Shown in pieces: positions 23,102-33,150 of a DNA stretch of 64,000 bases. A program made the translations under genes and the position numbers. The stretch is from Azolla caroliniana (taxonomy: Eukaryota > Plantae > Polypodiophyta). Where the stretch lies: contig JBHGNT010000051.1 of assembly GCA_043228905.1 (NCBI GenBank), positions 62,001 to 126,000 on the forward strand, given 5' to 3'. Numbering within the stretch: the stretch's first letter is position 1; each line of letters opens with the position of its first letter. The notes beneath the pieces are model-generated. The model was given only the letters and a program-made list of their open reading frames with translations, was not told the DNA's origin and made no database searches.

Positions 23102-23697
23102 TGTTGGGATTTCGGTCCCTCCGGATGGGATGTCCGGAGATGAATGACGGCAATTACGGTTACGGTTACGGTTACGGTCCCGGCTACGGAGCCGGATGAT
23201 GAAGACCCCGACTACGGAGCCGGATGATGAATGTACCCGGAGCGAGATCCGGATGCGGGGACATATTTGTGAATATGTTTGCCAAGGGCCCTTGAGGCTA
23301 TATTTGTAAATAGCCCGAAAGTCATATGCGTATAAATATGACTTAGGGCAAACAGTTTTACGTTGTTGCTCATTTTATGTTTTCAGCCGAGAGAGCGAAG
23401 CGAGAGCAGCCGAGAGAGAGAGAGAGAGAAAGGAAGAGGTCGACGCCTCTGTGTACTACCGCCGCCTGTGGCGAAGACAGTGAGCTCAAGGTTGTTGCCC
23501 TGTAGCTTCACCATTGTACATCTCTGGGTATAGTGATAGTTGGAGTTGGAGGACTCCCGTGGTTTTTCTCATTTAGGGTTTTCCACGTAAAACACCCTGT
23601 GTACTCTTCTCTCTATTGTCTTCGTGCATTTGGTATTTCCCGTTTTCTGTGAGTTGATCCTATTCCTCGGTTTGTGACCGAGCGCTGTTTTGCAACA
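23102..23697 (+). repeat. 3' LTR of copia copy 2
   Basis: Matches the 5' LTR but has one fewer ~29-bp unit. Confidence 0.95.
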
Positions 23698-24025
23698 ATA
23701 CATAAATGGGGTTTCCTTTCCAAGCTGCCCCTCACCCTTATTCTTTGTTGTATAAAATACGACTTTTTTCATTGAGTCGACATATTGCATACACCATTCC
23801 TTGTCCGTGAGATCTCGGTCAGGAAGGTCTTCACCTCCAGTAGCGGCGACAAGTTTCTTTTGGCTAACATCACTATGTGGCTGAGATTTTGTCTCTTCGT
23901 TAAAGAGAAGCTTTTTTCCTCTCTTCATGGTCTCAGGAACTACCTTGGTCTAGGCTTCGATTGGAGAACCTTGTATGCGAAGCTTTATTTTCTTCACGGG
24001 TCGGTCCGACAGGTTCTCAAACGAC
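23698..24025 (-). pseudogene. 5' part of the large exon of the ParB-like gene
   Basis: Frame ...GEGQLGKETPFMY joins across the ATACA TSD to GRILRFDYEDADS at 15020; candidate splice acceptor (minus ...TTCTTAAATAG) at ~24026. Confidence 0.65.
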
Positions 24026-24464
24026 CTATTTAAGAAAGTGTATGCAAAAACATAAGTTAGGTGGTCACGTAGATTAATGTTGTATATTAACATGAAGAAC
24101 AGTTCTCACTAGCAGTCCTATATTCCAAAATCTATTATAGGCAGGGCTATTCAACCTAGAAAATATATATCGTAATAAGTAAATAGGGTTATATATTCTT
24201 TTAAATAGTAGGTATGACTTATATAGATTCCAAACCTATATTTAGGAGAATTTGCTATCGTAAAGGCAATTTGTGGATCATTTTCTACTATTTTAAGCTA
24301 AAGTAGGTCATAAAACACCTATAATTAGAGCATGTTTTTTTTTAAAAGTAAGGAAAGTCAACATAAAAAAGACCGATTTTGCCAGACAATTTGATATCTT
24401 TTCCACACCATAATTATTTGTTACCCCAAAAACACAATTTTTCTCTCTCAGAGCCTTCTTTTAT

Positions 24465-24762
24465 ACAGGAACTCGATACGGCGTATCGAGTTCCTGTTTA
24501 AATCCTAAACTTTAAACGGGAACTCGATACGCCATATCGAGTTCCTTTGCTTTCTTTGCTTTTTAAACAGGAACTCGATACGGCGTATCGAGTTCGTGTT
24601 TAAAGTTTAGGTTTTAAACACGAACTCGATACGCCGTATCGAGTTCGTGTTATCGAGTTCCCGTTTAAAAAGCAAAAACAAATTATGAACTCGATACGCC
24701 GTATCGAGTTCATGTATAAAATTTGTATTGTATACATGAACTCGATACGGCGTATCGAGTTC
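24465..24762. repeat. Array of six 25-bp palindromes GAACTCGATACG(G/C)CGTATCGAGTTC phased at 51 bp
   Basis: Cores start at 24469, 24520, 24571, 24622, 24687 and 24738; 26-bp AT-rich spacers; the single 65-bp step contains an extra 14-bp half-site duplication. Confidence 0.95.
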
Positions 24763-25699
24763 TTCAGCGACGAAACATATTTACAAAAATGTCCACAGTG
24801 TCAGAGGCCTACCTGGAGTCCTCGCGCTCGATTCTCTTTGAAGACATGGTTGATCGTGTGGAAGTGGAGGCGGAGATCGCGCTTTGGTGCTTTGTGCTCT
24901 GTGTGCTTTTGTGTGCTTTGTGTGCTCTCTACGTTCTGTGTGCTTTGTACGCTTTGTACGCTCTTGTGAGTGAAATATGACGAGGTATTCCTATTATAGG
25001 GATTGACCACATTGGTTAAAGTAACCATAGTCACCTTAACCAAGGTTGGTAACTTTGAGGATAGTTAGTTGGTAACCATAGTCACATTAACTAGAGTAAC
25101 TTATGATTGTATTAATGATTACAAAGTCAAACTAACATATTGATCAATCTTTTATAGTCATAACAACTTGCAATGACTTCAAAGGTTATGAAGGAGACAA
25201 TGATAGCGGTTCATGAATGTACCAATGATTGATTACTAAAAGCAACAATTTTTATGACTCTCAAATGCTATGTATTAAAGATGTTGGCATGAATTAACCA
25301 ATGATTGATAAGTCTAATATTTAAAATAGTGAGCATTAAAGAACCAATGAGTGAGACGTTCTATATCAAAATGGGTGCCATTAATTAGCCAATGATTTTA
25401 ACATTAATCCAACATATTCATGGCTTGTTAATGATTAGTTTTATATTTTACTTGATTTAACTTCATATAGATCTAGTTTATATAATAATTGATATTTTAA
25501 GTACAATTACTTTATTAAAAATAATTTTTTGATGTATTGTATTAATAGAATATTACATAATATAGACATTCAATTGATTTGGCTTTTGTTTAGAGAGAAG
25601 TTTATGTTTAGAGAGGAGTATATGTTTAGAGAGGAGCTTATTAGTTTTTTTCCTTACCCTAAGCACATAACTTAGAGAGCCCTATCTAGACCTTAAGCC

Positions 25700-28474
25700 A
25701 TGAGTGAAGATTCACCGTTCTCGATTGAAGAATATTGTTTGTCATTAGACCCATCGTTTTCTACTGAAGAGTATTGTTTGTCAACAGAGTCACCATATTC
25801 GATTGAAGAATATTGTCTGTCGACGGACTCACCATATTCTATCGAAGAATATTGTCTGAGCTCATCTACAGGGAACGTAAATAATGACACATGTGAAGAG
25901 TTCTCTATTGAAGAATACGATATTAATAAAGATACCGAGAATGAAGGTAGTGCCCAGGAAACATTGAATAACATTGGCGATGGTCACAACAGAGAATTAG
26001 ACTGTAACAAGGTTACACCAACCTCTATGCAGGAAGAGAAATCTTGGAGCCCTATGCATATTAGAAGAATCCCACGAAGAATTCGTCTGGCTAGATTTAG
26101 CTTGGTGACATCAGATAAACAGATTGGATTTGATGTCAAAAAAATATGTTGTGCCCATGGTTGTATGTCTATGATTGGAAAATCAAAGTTGCGAGAATTA
26201 AGGCGATACTATTTTTCGATGACCGGTGATGAGCAAGACACTTACCTCGGGTCACATATGCAACTAGTATCTGACAAATGTACGGGGATCAAAGTATCAT
26301 TCGAGTATTATATCTTCCATGCGCAACAGATATGTAGAGTTGCATTCAAAATTGCGTTATGTGTTAGTAACATGCGGCTACATAGAGTACAACAATGTCT
26401 ACTTAGCGGGGATCAGATGCTCAATTGTAAAGAGGTTGCAAGTATGAAAATTGCAATTGGAAGACATGCTATTGGCTGGATGAAAACTTACTTTCAGTTA
26501 AATTGTGAAGTAATGCCCACTACAGGTAGGATGCATCTTTCTAATAATTATACACATCGGGAAGTTTATGATGTCTATCGATCTGATATGTTGGGCTCAC
26601 GTAATAAGTCTATCACCTATAGCCAATTCACAAGATTATGGAGAGCTCGGTTTTCAAATGTTATTATTCCTCGTAAAGTACGTATGGGGTATTGCTCCAT
26701 TTGTGCAAATCTTAAAAGTTTGGCTAAAGGTGCAAAGACATCAATGGAAAAGGATACGAGTAAGAAGTTACTACAAGAGCATCGTGAGGCACAATCCTTA
26801 GAACGAAAGAAGGCGATGCATCATAGAGAGAAGTGTTTGAAGAGGCCCGAACAATACATGTGCTTAATGATAGATGGCATGGACCAGAAGAAGACATGCT
26901 TGCCGCATATGCGGAGGCTCCCCAAAGATGTCAATGATGAGTGCCTTGTTCAAATGCACTTGGTGGGATGCTTGGCTTATAATAGGTCTGTTCGACCTCA
27001 CGTCTTCATTGCTTACCCCAATGTTCACAATGACCCTAACCTAACAGTTACAGTGATTCACCAAGTTTTGATGTCTTGGGGCCAACCTTTCCCCCCTGTT
27101 CTATACATTCAATTGGACAATACTGCTAGAGAGAACAAAAATTCAACTGTATTTGGCTGTCTAAGTATGTTGGTCAACCTAGAATTGTTTAGGAAAGTGA
27201 AAGTCAATTTCCTTTTGGTTGGCCACACACATGACCATATAGATCAGATGTTTAGCACATTCTCCAGACAGTTGTCTCGGCATGATGCTTTCACTTTACC
27301 TAAACTATTTGATGTCATTTGTGATGCTTATACACCACGCCCAAAAGTGTTACACTTGAAGGAGGTATATGACTTTAAGAGATATATATTAGATGGGGGT
27401 GGTGGGAATGTTAAAGTGCTTGCTCAGTTAAACAATATAAGTTTCAATCACATTTTTATGATAAAGAAAAATGGAATAAGTGGTTCTACACTTTTGTATG
27501 CTAAACAATATTCATCTTCTACAACATGGGAACTTGAAGGTGGTTGCCAGTTATTACTTTGTATGCCGAGTACAATTGTCCATGGAGCTAAGCAAATGCC
27601 CATTGAGAAGAAAGGACAGTTGCAGAGCGACTTGGTATCAGAACGGTCATGGCTCCAAGCCTTAGAAGAAAAAAGAAAGCATATTGAGGCCGCCAAGAAA
27701 TATGCCGCACAACAAGACACGTCATGGTGGGATGTATTTTATAGTGATCAGAAAGAAATTATAGACAATTGTGTATCTGTTGATAATTGGAATTTGGAAA
27801 CGCCATTCACATGGTCGCTGCAACATGATCGCGTAAATAGAACTCCGGAGCAACTAGTAAATGCGATTAATGACAGCTTGGTCCATCCACAACAAAGAGA
27901 CATTTATGTGGGACCAAGGATGACCAAAGCAGTCGAAGCTAGATGGCAAGGAAATTTGCAAGAGCTCACCGCGGGGATGTTGATTGCAACGCCGGCTGAT
28001 GAGAACTCACATGGCCACCAATTTTGGGTTGGTAAAATTCTAGAAGTGCTAATGCATGAAATAGAAAACACAATCAAGTCTATAAATGTTCATTGGTACA
28101 ACACTAGAAGTGCAAATGCTTTTACAGGTAAGTATACATTGGAGATGATTGAATGCCCAACAAGAAGGGGAGGTAGGAAGAGGAAGCGAAACATTCGTAA
28201 CACCTCGACCCTTGATATCTCTGATGTGGATATCATCGTGTACGACTTCACACTTACAAAAGCCGGACAATTAAGGAAGTCAACAATAGATATAATAAAA
28301 GAAAAATTACTAGGTCTACAAGGTGGCTCGAGTCAAAGGCAAACGAGATCTGCTACATATAATCTAGAGTCAAACCATTTGGTTTATGACGAAGATAATG
28401 CACTGATTGGTACATCCGAGGATGATGAGGAGGAATCGTCATTCTATATTAGTTATAGTAGTGATTCTCCGTAA
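25700..28474 (+). CDS. Intact 924-aa DDD-type (RNase H fold) transposase-like protein, Sola-related/DUF7869-like
   Basis: Motifs LMIDGMDQKK, LYIQLDNTARENKN and FLLVGHTHDHIDQMFS; Cys clusters (CCAHGC, CSIC); basic NLS RRGGRKRKR; uninterrupted frame. Confidence 0.8.
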   Translation: MSEDSPFSIEEYCLSLDPSFSTEEYCLSTESPYSIEEYCLSTDSPYSIEEYCLSSSTGNVNNDTCEEFSIEEYDINKDTENEGSAQETLNNIGDGHNRELDCNKVTPTSMQEEKSWSPMHIRRIPRRIRLARFSLVTSDKQIGFDVKKICCAHGCMSMIGKSKLRELRRYYFSMTGDEQDTYLGSHMQLVSDKCTGIKVSFEYYIFHAQQICRVAFKIALCVSNMRLHRVQQCLLSGDQMLNCKEVASMKIAIGRHAIGWMKTYFQLNCEVMPTTGRMHLSNNYTHREVYDVYRSDMLGSRNKSITYSQFTRLWRARFSNVIIPRKVRMGYCSICANLKSLAKGAKTSMEKDTSKKLLQEHREAQSLERKKAMHHREKCLKRPEQYMCLMIDGMDQKKTCLPHMRRLPKDVNDECLVQMHLVGCLAYNRSVRPHVFIAYPNVHNDPNLTVTVIHQVLMSWGQPFPPVLYIQLDNTARENKNSTVFGCLSMLVNLELFRKVKVNFLLVGHTHDHIDQMFSTFSRQLSRHDAFTLPKLFDVICDAYTPRPKVLHLKEVYDFKRYILDGGGGNVKVLAQLNNISFNHIFMIKKNGISGSTLLYAKQYSSSTTWELEGGCQLLLCMPSTIVHGAKQMPIEKKGQLQSDLVSERSWLQALEEKRKHIEAAKKYAAQQDTSWWDVFYSDQKEIIDNCVSVDNWNLETPFTWSLQHDRVNRTPEQLVNAINDSLVHPQQRDIYVGPRMTKAVEARWQGNLQELTAGMLIATPADENSHGHQFWVGKILEVLMHEIENTIKSINVHWYNTRSANAFTGKYTLEMIECPTRRGGRKRKRNIRNTSTLDISDVDIIVYDFTLTKAGQLRKSTIDIIKEKLLGLQGGSSQRQTRSATYNLESNHLVYDEDNALIGTSEDDEEESSFYISYSSDSP

Positions 28475-28832
28475 AGGAGTGATCATGAATGTATATTTGG
28501 CTATTAAGTGTAACTACATTCCGCTTGTAACAAATCGAGTAATATAAAAGCATGTGTTTTGAATTCTTACGATTTCTAAAAAATCGTTTCTTATAAAATA
28601 ACATTGGTTGTAAAGTTTCTGATATAAATTGAGAATGTATCTTTTTGAAATTCGTCTTTTTTTAGTTACTTCTAAATCACGAAAATAGTGGATTTTTAAC
28701 TTTTTTCATAGTATGTTTGAACATGTATGATACTGGTATCAATGTGTTTTGTAAAATCATTGAAAAACCCCTAAAATTTCCCTTATCCTTCCATTTATGC
28801 GCGATCCTTCCACTTGTGAACGCGAACGTGTT

Positions 28833-31800
28833 ATGGTTTGATACTTAGGGAGAGACATATGATGAAAAAAGAAAAGTTGTGCCACACTTGCGGAGGACGT
28901 AGACAAGAGCCCGCGAGTAAATGAATATGTCCATAGCTAGCTAGCTCTTGTGATATCGGATTGTTCTCTTCAAACATGTGAATCGAGGCTAAAGAAGCAA
29001 TCTATGATACGAAATTGAGACACAAAGAAAAAAGCATGGTTTTGAAACTCAAGGCGAGACACATGAAGAAAAAAGCAATGCTGTGTCACACTTGAGGAGG
29101 TCAAAGACAAGAGCGCGTGAGTAAATTAAAATGTTTATAGTTGGCTCGTGTGATATCAGCTTTGTGTGTTTAAACATGCAAATTGAAGCTAACGAAGAAA
29201 TCTATGATATGGAATTGAAAAATCATGATTTTAAAAGTCAGTGCAAGAAACATGAAGAAAAAAGCAATGTTGTACCACACTTGAGGAGGTCGTAGACAAG
29301 AGCGCGTCTGTAAATGAAGCTGGCTCATGTGATATTGGATTTGTGTGTTTAAACATGCAAATTGAAGGTAATCGAATCTAAAGAAAAAATCTATGATACG
29401 GAATTTAAAAATCATCTCTTTGATACTTAGGGTGAGACACATGAAGAAAAAGCAAACTTGTGCCACACTTGAGGAGGGTGTAGAGAAGAGCGTGTGAATA
29501 AATTAAAATGTCCATAGCTAGCTCATGAGATATCGGATTGTTTTCTTCAAACATGCAAATCCAAGCTAAAGAAGCAATCTATGATACAAAATTGAGAAAT
29601 CATGACTTTGAAACTCAAGGCAAGACACATGAAGAAAAAATAAATGTTGTTTCACACTTGAGGAGGTAAAAAACAAGAGCGCATGAGTAAATTAAAATGT
29701 TTATAGTTGGCTCGTGTGATATCATATTTGTGTGTTTAAACATACAAATCGAAGCTAACGAACCAATCTATGAAATGGAATTGAAAAATCATGATTTTGA
29801 AACTCTGTGCGAGAAACATGAAGAAAAAAGGAATGTTGTACCACAATTGAGGAGGTCTTAGAGAAGAGCGCGTCAGTAAATGAAAATGTTTATAGTTGGC
29901 TCGTGTGATATTAAATTTGAACACAAAGAAGCTAATCGAAGCTAAAGAAGCAATCTATGATACGGAAATAAAAAATCATGACTTTGATACTCAGGGTGAG
30001 ACACATGAAGAAAAAAGCAAACTTGTGCCACACTTGAGGAGGTCGTAGACAAGAGCTCGTTAGTAAATGAATATGTCCATAGCTGGTTTGTGCTATATCG
30101 GATTTTTGTGTTCAAACATGCGAATCGAAACTAACATAACAAAAGAATCCAAGCTAAAGAAGCAATCTATGATATGGAATTGAAAAATCATGATTTTGAA
30201 ACTCAGGGTAAGAGACATGAAGACAAAAGCAATGTGGTGCCACACTTAAGGAGGTCGTAGACAAGAGCGTGTGAGTAAATGAAAAAGTTTATAGCTGGCT
30301 CGTGTGATATCCGATTTTTGTATTCAAATATGCAAATCGAAGCTAACAAAGAAATCTATGATCTGGAATTGAAAAATGATGATTTTAAAACTCAGGTCGA
30401 AAGACATGAAGAAAAAAGGAAAGTTGTGCAACACTTCAGGAGGGTGTAGACAAGAGCGTCTGAGTAAATGAAAATGTTTATCACTAGCTCTTGTGACATC
30501 AGATTGTTGTGTTCAAACATTCGAATCGAAGCTAAAGAAGCAATCTATGATATGGAATTGAAAAATCATGATTTTCAAACTCAGAGCAAGACACATAAAG
30601 AAAAAAGCAAAGTTATGCCACACTTAAGGAGGGCGTAGACAAGAGCGTGTGAGTAAATGAAAATGTCGATAGCTAACAATTGTGATATTGGATTTTTGTG
30701 TTCAAACATGCAAATCGAAGCTAAAGAAGAAATCTATGATATGGAATTGGAAAATCATGATTTTAAAACTCAGGTCAAAAGATAGGAAGAAAAAAGGAAA
30801 GTTGTGCCACACTTGAGGAGGGCGTAGACAAGAGCGCGTGAGTAAATGAATATGTTTATAGTTGGCTCTTGTGATATCGGATTGTTGTGTTCAAACATGC
30901 AAATCGAAGCTACCGAAGCAAATATGATATGGAATTGAAAAATCATGATTTTAAAACTCAGGGTAAGACACATGAAGAAAAAAGCAAAGTTATGCAACAC
31001 TTGAGGAGGGCGTAGACAAGAGCGCGTGAGTGAATGAAAATGTCCATAGCTAGCAATTATGATATCAGAATTTTGTGTTCAAACATGCAAATCGAAGCTA
31101 ACGAAGAAATCTATGATATGGAATTGAAAAATTCATGATTTTGAAACTCAGGACGAGACACATGAAGAGAAAAGGAAAGTTGTCCCACACTTGAGGAGGG
31201 CGTAGACAAGAACGTGTGAGTAAATGAAAATGTCCATAGTTGGGTCTTGTGATATCGGATTGTTGTGTTCAAACATGCTAATCCAAGATAAAGAAGCAAT
31301 ATATGATAGGGAATTGAGAAATTATGATTTTGAAACTCAAGGCATCTTGAAAAAAGGAATCTTGTGTAACACTTGAGGAGGTCAAAGACAAGAGTGCGTG
31401 AGTAAATTAAAATGTTTATAGGTGGCTCGTGTGATATCAGATTTGTGTATTTAAACATGAAAATCGAAGCTAACGAACCAATCTATGATATGGAATTTAA
31501 AAATCATGATTTCAAAACTAAGTGCGAGAAACACGAGCCCGGGAGTAAATGAATATGTCCATAACTGGCTATTGTGATATCGGATTTTTATCTTCAAACA
31601 TGCGAATCGAAGCTAAAGAAGAAATCTATGATCTGGAATTAAAAAATCATGATTTTAAAACTCAGGTCAAAAGACATGAAGAAAAAAGGAAAGTTGTGCC
31701 ACACTTGAGGAGGGCGTAGACAAGAGCGTGTGAGTAAATGGAAATGTTTATCACTAGCTCTTGTGATATCGGATTGATGTGTTCAAACATGCGAATCGAA

Positions 31801-33150
31801 GCTAAAGAAGCGATCTCTGATATGGAATTGAGAAATCATGATTTCGAAACGCAGGGCAAAACATGAAGACAAAAGCAAAGTTGTGTGACACTTGCGGAGG
31901 GCGTAGACAAGAGCATGTGAGTAAATGAATCTGTCCATAGCTAGCTCTTGTGATATCGGATTTTTGTGGTCAGACATGCAAGCCATCTATGATATAGAAT
32001 TTAAAAACCATGGTTTTGATACTCAGGACGACGCAACATGATGAAAAAAGCAAAGTTGTGCCACACTTGTGGAGGGTGTAGACAAGAGCCCATGACTAAA
32101 TCAATATGTCCATAGCTCGCAATTGTGATATCGGATTTTTCTGTTCAAACATGCAAATCGAAGCTAAAGAAGAAATCTATGATATGGATTGGAAAAAATC
32201 ATGATTTAATATTCAGGTCGAAAGAAATGAAGAAAAAAGCAAAGTTGTGCCACAGTTACTAAGGGCGTAGACAAGAGCGCGTGAGTAAATTAATATGTCC
32301 ATAGTTGGCTCCTATGATATCGGATTGTTGTGTTGAAACATGCGAATCCAAGCTAAAGAAGCAATCTATGATGTGGAATTGAAAAATCATGATTTTGAAA
32401 CTTAGGGCGAGACACATGAACACAAAAGCCAAGTTGTTCCACACTTGAGGAGGTCGACGACAAGAGCGCGTGAGTAAATTAAAATGTTTATAGCAGGCTC
32501 GTGTGATATCAGATTTGTGTGTTTAAACATGCAAATCTAAGCTAACAAAGAAACGTATGATATTGAATTGCAAAATCATGATTTTGAAACTTAGGGCAAG
32601 ACACATGAAGAAAAAAACAAAATTGTGTCACACTTGAGGAGGGCGTAGACAAGAACAATTGAGTAAATGAAAATGTCCATAACTAGCTCTTGTGATATCA
32701 GATTGTTGTGTTCAAACATGTGAATCCAACCTAGAGGAGGTCAACCACAAGAGCGCGTGAGTAAATTAAAAGGTTTATAGGAGGCTCATGTGATATCCGA
32801 TTTGTGTGTTTAAACATGCAAATTGAAGCCAACAAAGCCACCTATGATATGGAATTGAGAAATCATGATTTTGATACTCAAGGCGAAGCACATGATGAAA
32901 AAAGCAAAGTGGTGCCACACTTGCGGAGGGCGTAGACAAGAGCCCATGAGTAAATGATTATCTCCATAACTGGCTCTTCTGATATCAGATTGTTGTGTTC
33001 AAACATGCGAATCGAAGCTAAAGAAGCAATGTATAATCTTAAATTGGAAAATCATGACTTTGAAACTTAGGGACAAACACATGAAGAGAAAAGAAAAATT
33101 GTGCCACACTTGAGGAGGGCGTAGACAAGCGCGTGAGTAAATGAAAATGT
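28833..33150 (+). repeat. Satellite subfamily A, ~189-bp monomers
   Basis: Markers at 30531, 30720, 30909 and 31097; contains AAAGTTGTGCCACACTTGAGGAGGG. Confidence 0.95.

Larger units (their letters stand above)
15026..23697 (+). mobile_element. Full-length Ty1/copia element (copy 2) carrying a nested insertion and an internal RT deletion
   Basis: LTRs 15026-15649 and 23102-23697; TSD ATACA (15021-15025, 23698-23702); PBS TGGTATCAGAGC at 15653-15664; PPT GAAGAGGGAG before 23102. Confidence 0.97.
13430..28832. mobile_element. Two-gene module (ParB-like gene, palindrome array, transposase-like gene) inside a satellite monomer; contains nested LTR elements
   Basis: Satellite stops at ...AAAAACCATG (13429) and resumes in register at ATGGTTTGATAC (28833). 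No TIRs seen; the left end cuts the ParB-like gene. Confidence 0.65.

Noticed and set aside
24465-24762. CRISPR array (palindromic repeat with constant-length spacers)
   Set aside because: Spacers are not unique (reverse-complement relatives of each other), the repeat is a full dyad, there are no cas genes, and the context is eukaryotic.
13430-28832. Terminal inverted repeats or Helitron ends for the two-gene module
   Set aside because: The left end CCATCAGG and right end ...GAACGTGTT are not complementary, and there are no TC...CTRR termini.
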